Source: Microthyrium microscopicum
Lineage: Eukaryota
Assembly: GCA_010405405.1 (NCBI GenBank)
Contig: MU004234.1
Span: 1,391,275-1,455,274 of the forward strand
DNA length: 64,000 bases
Reading direction: 5' to 3'
The notes under the pieces were generated by a model, which was not told the DNA's origin, ran no database searches, and worked only from the letters and a program-made list of their open reading frames with translations. Positions 34,794 through 47,585 of the stretch are shown here, piece after piece; the stretch's first letter is position 1; each line of letters opens with the position of its first letter. The translations under genes and the position numbers were made by a program.

Positions 34794-36050
34794 TCAACCC
34801 ACCACGACAGCGAAACTTTCACCAATATCCAAAGCTCCAGCTCGCCCATTTGCTTCATCTTCTTGACTATCCAATAGTCCCACTTTTGCCTCGTCACAGG
34901 CATCGTATAGCTCGGTTACTGCTTCAAGAGCTTCGTCTTCCGAGCCAACAAATGTTCCGAAATGAACTGCTATAGTGCTATGCGATTTGACGTCTTTGTG
35001 GATCTCAATTGCATCCTTTGGCGAGACGTGAAATGTGGAAGGTACATGATGATGTAGTAATCTCACACCAGCAGCTGAGATAAATCCCAGACTTCCGCCA
35101 CGCCATATTGGAATGAAAGAAACATCAAATCCACCGAAGCGTTCTCCGATTTCTTTGAAGACCGGACATATCTCTTTCGACCGAGCAGTTCGTCTGTATC
35201 CAGTATCTCCTGAATGATAGATCGCGCCTCTTCGTTTCTTGGTATCTTGCTCCTCTTTGACAAATCTTTCAATAACCCATCCGCTCCACAATGTATTTCC
35301 AGAATCCATGACACTTCTACCCGAGTTGTGCTGTGCTGGTACACAAGAGACTGTGAAAGTCGGTAATTCTGATTCCCCCTCTTCCTTTTTTGATGCTGAA
35401 TATGGAATTGCAAACTGCCCTTCCCAGCTTTCCCACCAATCCATCTCCATGATGTTGCCGGCCTCGATTCCCGTAGAAAGAAGCCAAGATTTATTTCCAA
35501 GAGGCACAAACCACTTCGCGCCTGGGAACTGCCTCAAAACTCCTTTGACGGTCGCCAAGTCGAGATGGTCGTAATGATTATGACTTATGTAAACGGCATG
35601 GCATCCAGGAAGATCAGGCACCTCACAAGGACTTTTCTTCAGACGTGATGGCCCAGTGTACTGCGTTGGTCCAGCTCTTTCAGAGAAAATTGGGTCGAAA
35701 AGACAATATATGCTTTCGTTGTCTTTGCTTGTTTCTGGTGAGGATTCTGAAGGGCTCAAAGATGGAAATTCAACCAAAGCCCCTGCGTGTCCGAGCCATG
35801 TCGCGATGATGCAGTCTGCACGGGTTTTGCTGATTGGAGAATTCAGACTTGCGGTGCCCCAGTCTGGTTTGATAGTCTTTACTTGACGTATCTTTTCGGG
35901 GTGTTTTGGTTTGGAAGAGTACCAGCCCAGGGGAAAGGAAAGCTGAGCTAGTTCTCCCCAGGTTGGAGCACCAGCGGATGGCCATGGATTTTGGAAGGAG
36001 TTCTTGGAGGCATTTGCATGATGTGATGGTCGTTTGGTTTTCGAAGCCAT
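34794..36050 (-). CDS. NAPE-PLD-like metallo-beta-lactamase-fold hydrolase
   Basis: FQNPW, TWLGHA, DPIFSER, SHNHYDHLD (HxHxDH), VPLGNK, PAQHNSGR, GDTGY, HFGTF. Confidence 0.9.
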   Translation of the reverse strand: MASKTKRPSHHANASKNSFQNPWPSAGAPTWGELAQLSFPLGWYSSKPKHPEKIRQVKTIKPDWGTASLNSPISKTRADCIIATWLGHAGALVEFPSLSPSESSPETSKDNESIYCLFDPIFSERAGPTQYTGPSRLKKSPCEVPDLPGCHAVYISHNHYDHLDLATVKGVLRQFPGAKWFVPLGNKSWLLSTGIEAGNIMEMDWWESWEGQFAIPYSASKKEEGESELPTFTVSCVPAQHNSGRSVMDSGNTLWSGWVIERFVKEEQDTKKRRGAIYHSGDTGYRRTARSKEICPVFKEIGERFGGFDVSFIPIWRGGSLGFISAAGVRLLHHHVPSTFHVSPKDAIEIHKDVKSHSTIAVHFGTFVGSEDEALEAVTELYDACDEAKVGLLDSQEDEANGRAGALDIGESFAVVVG

Positions 36051-36604
36051 GGTTTGTGAGCGAAATGATTTAATAGACATTGATTGGCATGTAAGAGCAC
36101 ACGCCCGACCCAGTGCAGCTCCAGTTGTGCTTCTTGTGGATAGAGGGTCCGTCGTAGTCTAGGTGAAATGCAGAGAAAGGAGTGATAATGGCCTAGGGAA
36201 TGCGTTTGTATTGGAGTGTAGAGGAAGGTTTAGGTGTCGTGGTGTCTACCTAGTGATGGATGACGGTTTCACGCAGGTACGATCTTGTCTTACCAGGTGT
36301 GACCGACTTACGTCATTGGTCCATGGCGTCCAGCTTTTCGCTACATCAAATCCTTCACTAAGTCACAAGTATCATTATTGTCTCTTGATCATCTCTGACT
36401 TTCTAGTCGTGTGACATAGGAACATCGTACTTTTGGTTCTCAGCGCTGGTAGAACTTAGAACTCGTCAACCGGTGGTTGTAAGGATTCGATAGCATAAAT
36501 TTAAGTGGGGATTGCATGTCCCATACAGTCAATGAACTACTCCAACCACCATCTTATTCACCACCAAGAATGGTAATGAAGTAACGTAATTCTCTAGAGC
36601 ATTA

Positions 36605-37700
36605 CTACTTCGGCAAGGTGTCAGCGACAGCCTTGACCGACTCCTCAAGTGTAGCCCATCCTGGTCTGCCAAATCTTTTCACCAACTCTTCCGCTCTTCC
36701 GTTAGCCACAATGCTCAAATCCTGTCCCAGATCAGGAAGATCCTCAATGAACTTCCTCTCTGGATACAACTTCCGAAACACAGCCAAGATATCATTCCAG
36801 GTGTACGGGTGCGCGAAAGAAAATAGCCTCTCATTCGCCACATCTTCATAGATCAATGCCGCAACATGAACCTAAGTCGTCATTAGCAGGAAACCGAATA
36901 ATGTCCTGTTGATTCCCAATACTTACACGAGCGTTGTCTTGGACATTGATGTAGTACTGAGGTGGATTGAACTTGAGGTCCTCATGTCCCTCAAATCCAT
37001 GATATAGCGCTTTAATCCAACCAGCAGTACTTGGATATCCTTGATGCTCAATCGAAAGAATATGGCCCATGTTTGCATTTGGCAGAACCGCGTTCAACAC
37101 AAAATCCGGCTTTTCTTCCTTCATGAACTTCCAAGCTGCTTGCTCAGACTGGGTCTTGCTGGCGCTATACACATCTAACCTTCGTTGCAGTCCTTCATAC
37201 GGCGGTGGCGCCCAAGCTGCTTCCACAGCGCTCCCATTCCAGGTATTTTCATCCATGGTGAAGACTTTGTTTGGCTGTGGACTAGCCGCCGCAGTAGAGC
37301 TCGACGTCAGAACCACTCTCTTCACCGACGGTTCTCTTGCGGCAGCCTTCAACGCATTCAACGCGCCAGTCACCACAATCGGAACACCAACATTGGGGTC
37401 GTAGTTCTGCATGACGGGTGTTGCAACATGAGCGAAGCCTGCAGCTCCTTTGATGGCTTCATCAAAGGCTCCTGGGGCGGCCATGTCGGGGACCTCACAG
37501 AGAGAGAAATTGCCGGTGCCATATTTTTCGTCGAGAAGGGGTTTCATCCAGCCAGCTCGCTTGAGGCTACGGACGGTGCCGCGGACTTTGTAGCCCGCTA
37601 TAAGAAGTTGCTCTACGACGTTGGATGCGATGTAGCCATTGGCGCCGCTTACCACGACCAGAGCGCCTTTGGGGATTGCGAGATTGGTTGAGGATGCCAT
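36605..37700 (-). CDS. NAD(P)H-dependent aldehyde reductase II-like (extended SDR)
   Basis: SGANGYIA, VRGTVR, HVA, TSS, YSASKT.SE, YYINVQD; intron 36872-36926. Confidence 0.93.
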
Positions 37701-38775
37701 TGAGCCGAGTAGTCAAAGTTGACGTAGTATGAATTGGTGTATGAGAGATGTTGTACAAGATCTCTTGAGATATTGATGGAGAAGCAAACCCCACCTGCTA
37801 TTTATGGTGGTTGTACCGGGCAGCTCCTTCTATTCTTCATCGTTGCTACCTGTCATAACCAATTACTAATTGAGAATAAGCTGTTGGGCTGGCATTCTGT
37901 GCTTGGCGATGCACTGAACGATGCATAGTACCTAATCTTGCGAGCAGTTTTGACTGGCAACTTTGATTTTGATGCAGAGAAGAGGTAGGATTTCCAAGCC
38001 TCACTGATAAGGTCTCAGAAGATTCAAGAGCTACCTTCAAGAGCTACCACAATTGCGAATATCGAATAAACCCTGCAACTGCCTTGTTAGCAAACTCCAG
38101 CCGAATTGCTGCTTCTTGCAGAAGATTGTCGGAGGGGAATCCTGGAGAGCTAGGTCTGGTATTCTTGGCCTGCATTTGCACGACTTTTTGGACGTTGATA
38201 TGCCCAGAATTGCCAGGAAATGAGAGACATGCGCTCTCAGTCTCACTCTATTTGTTCATACCTTCAGCCTGGCCAGTCATTGGTGCTCGTTCTCAATGAT
38301 GAGGCATGCCGAGTCCATGACCATCGAGAAGGCCAATTTGAATGTGAGAGATTTAATGACTGGGACTTGCAGTGGGCAAATTAGCATCATATGTGGCGAT
38401 AAATACCTTGCTGTGTTGGCATAGACGAGAATACTGGACATGTCTTTCGTATGTGCTTCGAGTCTTCATCTGTTAAAGGTTCTTGGATTTTGAGCTTGGA
38501 ACAGATTCTGCGGCTTGATTTCGCCTGTGCAGCGCAAGTTATAAATGTCATCGACTAGTAAAGCGATCGATCTTTCAAGGAAGTTGGGGCTTCTTTGAAT
38601 ATCTTGAGGAGGAGAAAAGCTCGCGCGGAAATTTCAGCCACAAAATCAAGACGCGTGTATGTACCGTACTTTACGCGACTTACTACCCCTTTAAATCCCC
38701 AGAATCACATTTGTTCTTTGAAACCATCGTACATAGGAATCTACCAACTTTATGATGAATGCAATTGAGACAATT

Positions 38776-39395
38776 ATGGCAGTGTCACGTAAAGTAAATC
38801 TGTTACCTTCCAGGCCGCTTCTTACTTCTGACATTCTTCCGCACAGCGTAGTAGTTCATCACTGGACGAAAACGAACCACCAAAGCCCGCCGTGAAGAAG
38901 GCAAGGGCAGCGCCAAAATCGAAAAAGGCAGCCAAAGATATCGGTACATGCTCCTACACAAAAAAGGACATTGGCGACAGAGTGAAGGCGTCACTAGCAT
39001 TAGAGAAATAGTAGGTCACAACTCGGCATATTATTCAATCGGTTCTAACTGAGCCGCATAGTCATATCCCTAGAACGCATTTCAAGGTAGTTGGTGGTCC
39101 TCAAAATATACTTCCAGTATCTGACGATGGAATACAGATGGACATGGACTTGAAGTTCTTCCGAAACTTCTTCATAGACAACGATAGCTTGACAAAGCCT
39201 CTGCAACCAACACCGGAAGACTTCGACGAGATTACGCCAGTGGTCATGATAGAGATGGGCAACAAATCGGCTGGGGAGATTCTGGGCGTCAGCAAGGTAA
39301 AGGGAGGAAATCGCATGGCAACGACGCACCTCGCAGCAATGTGTGTGGTATTTCGTCCCAAGCAGGGAAAGTGCGATATTTGGACGACTGTCTAA
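38776..39395 (+). CDS. Small conserved-looking hypothetical protein (basic N-terminus), multi-exon
   Basis: ATG 38776; introns 38794-38846 and 39011-39061, probably also 39087-39137, link MAVSRK|RSSS..KPAVKKAR to ORF 39138..39395. Confidence 0.65.
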
Positions 39396-39508
39396 CTTTA
39401 AGATCAAAATAAATACCGAAATACTCGATATGGAACGATCCGGTGAGAAGATAACAACGGATCACATACGATGAGTGTAATATTGATTTTGTAGACAATA
39501 TAATCCAA

Positions 39509-40285
39509 TCAGCCTACATAGACCTTTGGCCCAGGCATAGTATAGTTCTTCAACGGAGGGTAGTAAGGATTGAAATGCAGTCCTGGATGATTAGGATCAT
39601 ACAGCCCCGGAATCTTGACCATTGGACCCGGATTTCCACCAGACCCCCCCGAAACCTTGATCTGCGCGCAAGACACATAGGCCTGTGCTCCGCCAACCGT
39701 TTGCGCTCCATGTAGTGCGATATGCTCCAACCTCAACAGATACTCTCCATCCGGAATCGCTCGTGGAAGCTTGAATTCGACCTTCCTAAGTCCATCTGCT
39801 GCCCATGCTGCGGCACGCTTGTCATCCGCGAAATTCTTGATGCCGAGCTCGTAGATCTTGAACCAACTTCCGGAACCATCGTACGAGGAGACTGGGCCTG
39901 GCGCTTTTGACATGTATGCGAATAGAGGGCCGCCGTGGCCGATTGAATCTGCCACTGTGAAGCCAACCGTTGAGCCTGCGGTTACTGGGTAAGTCTTTGT
40001 TGAGGCGGCGTTTGCTTGAGTGCCATAGTTGCATCGCATATCTGTGGACGCGACACTGGTCACTGGGGAGTTTGAGTGTGTCTAATAAATGTTAGTTGAT
40101 ATGATTTATTTATTTTGGACTCGCGGCTATTGGCGTCTATCTGTTTGGCATACCATTCGTCTAATGTACTCATAGTCCTGGGTTGTAACTCCATTCGCTA
40201 TGAATCTGTTGAAATTGTAGTGACCGAAAGCAGCCGGAAGGATAGCTGCCAGTGTAGCCACCGAGATAATTGAGAAATACATCAT
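39509..40285 (-). CDS. AA9 (GH61) lytic polysaccharide monooxygenase, no CBM1
   Basis: Signal peptide then His1 (AFG|HYNF), DMRCN, GHGGP, WFKI, GEYLLRLEHIALH, AQAYVSCAQ; intron 40082-40153. Confidence 0.95.
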
Positions 40286-41781
40286 AGTCGTGCCGAAGTT
40301 TTGACTCTGACGATGGAAGTTCTTAGGTTGGTGTAAAGCGTAATGCAAGTTCAAGGCACTGACGTTGAAAATGAGTGAATGCCAAGTTCAAGTATACTAC
40401 AGGGTCTCGGTCGAGGACTTCTATTCATACACAAAGGGCTTATTGCTGAAAACTCGTAATTTGAGTCCCATGTTAAGTCAATTGAGCCAATGAGAAGACC
40501 AGAAGAACAGCCATCATTGGAAGGTGGCTAGATGGTAATATAATCTCTAGGGAGTACTAGGATTTGGAATAATATAAATGAGGCCAACGGAAATTTGTAT
40601 GAACATAGTACGTACATCATACACGTAGCCAACCAATACCTTAAAATCCCTATTTTGTCTCTAATCCTCACTTGTGTTTACTCAGGGATAAGCTCTACTT
40701 GTTCTGATTCTTGCCGTCTTGTCTTTTGCTGTATTCGTTCCGTGCAACGTAACTTGATGTTGGTTGTGGACAACAACACCAATTCATACCAGGGCACATA
40801 GAGGCATCTATATCACTTCGAATCCACCAAGTAGATTACAGGACAGTCGTACCCCGCGAAAATGAAAAACAAGTTCCCAATTCTTGTTAGAGCTTAGCCA
40901 GAATCGTTCTCTGTTAGTACGGATGTGATGTCAACCATTGTTAGTGATGCTAATCGTATATCGAAAAGGATCAGTCGATTTTCTTAGGTAAAAAATTCTT
41001 CGACATGTTTCTTGTTCATCATCGATTCTCCCAACATTATGGCTTAAGGCAGCTTCAATATGATGCCATTCCTTCCAGCCAACTCAGTACAGTGTAGCAC
41101 TAACACCGACAGCTATACTACCTCCACACAACAAATGGAGGCTGATCCTGTTCCACAACCAGCCTTATGTTGGTCTCCTCCGCTTTCTTCCCTAGAGATT
41201 GATTGTCAAACCCATGCTCAGCAGCTCCCTCTCTGGCCTGTCTGAATACAAGAATATCAACGGAAGTGAGCTAGTATGCCAATCCAGAACTCTCGCCTTC
41301 ACGCTCTGTAGAGCGACATAAGCCACAAAACAACACTCGTCACCCATAGAACGAGCGTAAGAGCCAACCAGGCCCAATCAATATGAGCGAAGGTAATAGG
41401 AACCAATGCTTTTGAATCAAAACATTGGGTCGTCAGGCATGCTGTATTTCTGCTGCCATGATTGAGGTGTGTCGAAAGCTTTTGGCGAGTGCCCGTGCAT
41501 CAACAACTTCGTCCAGGACGCAGGTAAAACGATCATTCGGATTGATGCATCCAAACACATAAGCTGAAGAGGATCCTGTTCGATTGTTATATTGATACTC
41601 TGCTCCCTATGAGTGAGTTCAATACAGCTTTCTTGAAGGTATTGATGTAAGGTTTGCGATATGAGATCGGTGGGTTGAGGAATAAGGTGAATCATCCTTA
41701 GAACTGGTAGATTTCGAAAGGTAGCACAATATCATACTTGGTTTTGCCGATAGTGATGGACATTCCACGTCCGCTGTTAGG

Positions 41782-41804
41782 ATATATATATATATATATA
41801 TATA
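41782..41804. repeat. (AT)n microsatellite
   Basis: About 11 AT units just 3' of the stop at 41826. Confidence 0.95.
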
Positions 41805-41825
41805 ATGACTGGCTCGAATTTAGTC

Positions 41826-43761
41826 TTATTCTGAAGGCCTTGATGCAGTTAACGTTCTCTGGCCATCGGCATTACTATTAGACCTCCGAACGCGAACCAA
41901 TGCAGTTGCAATAGGTGTGACAATATTCGACAGTAGTAGAATCAGAGAAATCGTGGACGCGACGAGCGAAATGAAGGTAGCAGCGGCATCTTCGTCCGAG
42001 AGCCAGCGATATATGAAAGAGTTGTTGAAAATCACCCAGACTTGCAGTATGACAGAAAGCATAATGAGCCATATCATTGCTTTACCATTATGGGACAGGG
42101 CTCTGGAGGACTTGGTAGCGACTTCCAGCTGATTGTTGGCCTTTTTGATTGGGTTCACAATCTCTCGAGCTTCTTCCAGTCTAAGAGTGTTGACTCTACG
42201 CGACAGACCACCAATCAGGATACCGCTGGTCGTGGAAGTGGTTGTACTATTCCTGGAAATATCTGCTTGAATACCTGAGCTGGCACCAGCTTCAGTGGGC
42301 TGTTCAGGGTCCCCGGAAGGGCTGTGATCACCTGAAGTAGTATTAGACCTGGGTGATTGGGCCAGGGATGATAGCTCAATTTCTGCATTGTCAGTCGTGT
42401 GCTTTTGATCCTCGGTGGGCTTTCTTATGCCATCTTTCCATTCTGTATGCGTAAGTATCTTATTAGACTGGGGCTGCGAGCTCACTTACCGTAATACGCC
42501 TCAAAGCCTGTGAACAGTGGCAACACAAGTAGTGCAAGAGGAAGAATCTGGCCAAAACCAAATACTCCTAAGAACTGCCACAGTGAAGTGGCGCTCGCCT
42601 GTGGTGGTATCAAGGACGAAAGCACGAGCATCAGACCATAAGAGAAATATAACAAAAGCATCAATATCTCCCAAAGAAACGATTGGTGTAGAAGTTGTGG
42701 TGCTGCACGCCATGATTGCTTAGTTGCTTTCTTCTCTGGCCATGATGAAGATGACTTGAGCAATGACTTGATTACGAACCAAGACAGCCAGTTCTCGCTA
42801 CTCTCACGGTATTGTGGGGAGTAAATCTCGGTAAGAGTACGACCATAGCCATATGCAAGCCAAACAAACAATGATGTAACCGAGGAGACAATTCCAAGTA
42901 TCATGAGCGGATCCGAGGGTAAGCTTCCAAGGCTGCAGAGCATCAGATTTGCTAGATCAAGTGTTGTTAATTGACTCAAGACGACGGTAACTCCAAGAAA
43001 GAGGAACAACATCACCATCAAAACCACACGGACCGTCCTCAGTACTTTATGGTCGTCAAAATATTCTCGTAGGACGGTGAGAGTTGACAAGTGAGTTGCA
43101 CAGGAAAGCCAGGCAGACGCTGTCACCACCTGAAACGAGTAGCTTGATATGGTACAAATTCGAATGTATGCTGCGGTGAGTATTGATATGCCGGTGATCA
43201 GTTGCTGATCGCTCAAAGCCAGCATAAATCTCTGCACAACCTCAACTCTGCTGATGCGCTTTTTACGTTCGCTTTCATCCGCCGATAACTTTGAGGCCCG
43301 TGTCGACTCCTCACGACCAAAGAGTCTGTGAATTCGTGAAACGACGGCATCATCAAACTCGTTATAACGATTTGCCGGAATCGATTTGGTAACATAAGCC
43401 AAGCAAACTGTAATCAATGTGATCGCCGCTGTGATAAGAAAAGCTAGGATGACCTATTCCTCTGCATGAATATCTTGATCAGGGAGTAGCCGAGGGATTC
43501 TTACCCCGATGCCAGCGATACTAGACCTCGTTAGTATAAGCTCATCATATCAGAGGTTTTTTTAGTTGACGATAATGCCAGGCAGTTGCGAATTTGCTGA
43601 ACACATGAGCCAATCAGGAGCATTTTGGCATAACGAGATATCAAAAGTTACACGCTCTTGTTGACATCCTCACGCCAGGAAACTCACTCTGGGTCTACTA
43701 CAGAATCGTCGTTGAGGGTGCAATTTGCTCGACGACCACAAACCCATTCGAATGATGCCAT
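41826..43761 (-). CDS. Multi-pass membrane protein of the fungal DPDIAGIGV...LSDQQLITG..IL family
   Basis: ATG 43761. Introns 43521-43687, 43454-43504 (leaving a 16-nt microexon, 43505-43520) and 42443-42489 give one frame. Motifs AWLSCATHL.TL and FGQILPL.LL; extra C-terminal TM pair. Confidence 0.8.
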
Positions 43762-44139
43762 ATCTACTTCGGTTGTTGTTCTTGGGCTCGGAGCCTACGA
43801 CGATTTGGGCTGGTCAAGATACTGGAGAAGAGCTGACCTGGTCAAATAAGAGCGATATCCAAATGTAGATGATGAACACCGCTACAAGCTTAAAGGAGTA
43901 CGAAAAGTTCATGTGAATGAAGTCGGTGAGTTTGAGGACCCGTCATAACAACAAGAAGTTGGAGAGTTGCGAGCGAGACCAAGGCCACTAGTGGGTGCTT
44001 CAATCTTGCCCCTTTTATTGCCCCTTTTATTGCCCTGCTGCGGGATGAAGCGCCCCTTCCGTTGATAAGATGAAAGTTGGAACCCCCTGATTGCTACGGC
44101 GAGATGTTTTGTGTTAGATTTTGATCCTGATGAACAGCC

Positions 44140-45126
44140 ATGCCAAGTAAGGACGAACCACACCATTCAAGTCACGCGTCAGACAACCCCTTTGACGCAT
44201 TGCCAGCAACTTTCGATGATTATTCCTACTCCTGGCACAGAGACTACGAGAGAACCATTTTGATCCTTTCTATTTACGACGCGTTCCTTAACGAAAACGA
44301 TTCCCTATCTCTTGCGACAGCCACTACAAATCATGAAGCGTTCGTGTCACGGAGTGTTCAAGCGCTCGCATGGCCTTGACCAAATACATACGATGAACAC
44401 GCAGTCAACAGGTAGGTAGTTGAGGAATGCCCAGATTGCGACAGATGCTTTATGTATTGCTGCCAGCATGGGATCAACCAGGAGACGAAGAAGCCTTGCT
44501 ATCATTATCCCATGATATTCATGGATGAAGCCTGTACGAACAATGGCCGAGAGGACGCCTCAGCTGGAGTGGACATGGCAGCAGGCGCAGACTAGGACAT
44601 CCGCTTTTCAAATCCAGTCATTGATAGCGTCGATAGCTTTCCCACAGGTTTCATTCAAAGAGCAGAACTGCTGGTCGCGTACTTGGCATTCGAACATATA
44701 CCCTCATTAGAGGATTCCCCAGAGTACTCTGAGACGCATGTGCCCACCGACCAGGATGGATTTGTCGCGGTCGATGAGTTTGGAGACAAATTCCGTCCTA
44801 GAGAGTATATTCTTGCAACGGAACCAGCATATCTTGTCGAAGGCATTTGATAACCATACTGGCGCGTCTCTGACAGAAGCAACAGAAACCCTGTTGAAAA
44901 TAGCAAAGGGGACTACACTGACAAATTTGGATATGTTTCTTGAAGACAAGCAAGCAGATGTCAAGCCTTGAAGAAAGTGCTCTGTTGATCTCACTGTGCC
45001 TTCCAATCGTGGTATTTTACTGATGTGTTGTAGGTCGGATTCTGGCAGAATTGAAGGGAAAACGCATTTGCGGATTTGCTGGCTAAAGAAGCCGCACTTT
45101 TAGGCACAATTGGTACTAAAGTATAA
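44140..45126 (+). pseudogene. RNase H1-like gene with Cys-rich N-terminal region, disabled
   Basis: CPDC..CCQH..PCYH, then IFMDEACTNNG (cf. DGAC.NNG), QRAELL.A, ILATEPAYLVEGI (cf. TDS.Y.V.G), FW..RENAFADLLAKEAA. Several in-frame stops and frameshifts. Confidence 0.75.
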
Positions 45127-45623
45127 TAAGCCGTACTGAATGTGACCTGGCTGGTATCTACCATGACAAGCCTGCTTCATTTTGATTTGAGATGTGTTTT
45201 CCACGGTCTCATCGTATCTCGAAGGACATTCCAGACTTTCATCACAGAAAGCTAAACATGATATCTGCACTTGCCGGTCATTTCAATCATCAGTCAGAAC
45301 TCATCGAGTGCATGTATCCTCACTTCTCGAATTGGCCACAACCTCTCCCCTTGAGTTTCACTTCGAGGTAGTTTAGGAAGATATTTGCATTGAACTTTTA
45401 GCCATAAATTGATAAATCTAGCATCCAGATAGTCAAGGAAGATCAACACGCATGTGTCATTTCTGAAACGCAGGATTCGACGCATCACCTTTGAGGCGCA
45501 GCACCGTCAGCATATTAGGCCCCTAGTCAGCAAACCAAAGCCTCGTCCCTCTCTTATCGTAACGAAACTCGAAGTGCCATCAAAACTTTTCGTTTCTGGG
45601 GAGTAACCCAACGATTCAGCATA

Positions 45624-47142
45624 ATGGAGAGCCATCCCCTCAAAGATTCTAGTGGACGCTCCCCACCATCTTATGGTACTGTCAACGAAACGCCTCGTGG
45701 AGTACCTAGACGCCGCAAGCGCCGAATTATCTTGGGGACAATAATAATATGTTGTATTCTGCTCTGGATACTGGCCAACATGAAAACTTGGTTCGGCGCC
45801 GACAAATCACGACCCGATAAATCCAAAGGCGATGAAGAGCCTCCACATTCACAATGCAGTTTCTGTTTGATAAAAGTGCCAAAGAATCGAACTGAAATGC
45901 CAGCGGTGGGATTTGACTTGACGGAATCTTATGGGTGAGTCAAATCTTGTGCGGGTTTTATTCATAGGCTCATGACGCCAATAACTTCATTCCATAACTC
46001 TAGCACGTCAAACTGAACGTTTTCAGAACCGCGACCATTCTGCACAATGGCGAAACAATCCACATTGGCCCTATTTACGGCGACAACAGTTACCTTTCAG
46101 CCATAGACCACTTTTCCAGAAACTCTTCGAAGCATATGGCGTAGGTGCATTCCATGTACAGCGAATGATTACTGACATCTACAGCCCGCCCTACAACTGG
46201 TACTTTGATGCCCCTGGAGGACCCTTCGCCGGGGCCTACGACATGCCACGAGTGGCATGGCGCCGTATTCGCAAGAAAGTCGGCCTGGCTGCATCTCCCC
46301 AAGTTGGCGCTCTCGCAACTGTCCTCAAAGACCTCCGCACCACAGCTTCCGCAGCATTGACTAAGCACGGCTTACCATCCATAATCGAAGCCGCGGTAGT
46401 CAGCTCAATTGATCTCGTTGCGCTCTACGACGAGGATATCTACGATGCAGCCGAGCACGCTGGGCTATCGGCCGAGAACCTCCCTGGTGTAGAAGTGTGG
46501 TACTTGGACTTCCCTGACACGTTGCTGACCGACATGCGATATAAGCGACAGCCAAAGCACCAAGATGCGGCACAGATAGGCTTCAAAGTTGGTGTATGTG
46601 ATGATTATTTGTCGACAGCGGGGTGTAACCAGCAGCGGGCGGAGGCGGGCAAGACGACTCGAAACTTCTTGACAGTACACGTCACGCGGCAGGGACTGGC
46701 CTTGGAGTCAGCGTTGAGACACAGTGTAGACTGGACAGATGTATTATATTATCAACAGCACGAAAGCTACTTTGAAGCTAGCTTAGGCGTGGCAAGCCTC
46801 ATGGCAGCAAAGAACGACATGTCAAGAAAGACGGCATATTGGAACGACGTTGAGAAATTTGTTGGTGGGTATGCCAACAGATTTTCTTTCATCAACCTAA
46901 CAGATGTGCTTATGATTGGAGAGAGTGCAGAATTCCCAGACTTCAAGGAGCATGTGGTGCAGACGATCATGGCATTGGGGCTGAGTACACAAACCAGCGA
47001 GCCAGCGGTGCATTTGCAAAAGAATGGGCAGAGTCTGTTTACTGCGTCCAAAGGAGCAGCAGAGATGGCTCGAAGAGTGTTAGATGCTCCTTATGGATGC
47101 GCATGGCCCGACAACGAACGGCCACCACATTGCCGTCGATAG
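45624..47142 (+). CDS. Single-pass membrane hypothetical protein, possibly actin/Hsp70-like fold
   Basis: TM after RRRKRR; AVGFDLTESYG|TA, VLMIGESA..P.F, F.ASKGAAEMA; introns 45935-46026 and 46141-46183. Confidence 0.75.
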
Positions 47143-47585
47143 AATCAAGTGAGGTTTCAATGTTGAATATCTTGATAGAGGATTGAACGTTCCTTCCTTG
47201 CTTGCCTCGTGGCATCTCATCGTACCTTCTAATCGTGGTATGACCACATGGGCAGTTGCCATGTGGGCTCCTCACTTGGTGAGACACCTGCCGTTCTTAC
47301 CACTCTCGACTGAGACCCAAACCATTGCTCCTTCCCATTGAATAGTTGCTGAGGCAAGAAGGCTGGCGAAGCAACAGCATAAAGTCCCCACAAGCCCACC
47401 TCAGTTTTTTAACTTCTCTTCTTCAACTTCTTCTCACCCCATCACGAAAGAATTCTTGCCAACCAAAGCCGTTTTCTTCGCGTTTTTACTGCCTCGACAA
47501 GTCATTGCGACCTCTGTCGTTATATCACCAACACCCACACCATCTTCCTTTTCTTCCCTCCTCCCCTTCCTCCACCACGGTCAAG

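Noticed and set aside
41000..41700. Possible decayed minus-strand gene
   Set aside because: Fragments look vaguely protein-like, but no family or consistent frame could be supported.
44006..44035. 12-bp tandem repeat ttgcccctttta x2.5
   Set aside because: Ordinary short duplication between divergent genes; no evidence of function.
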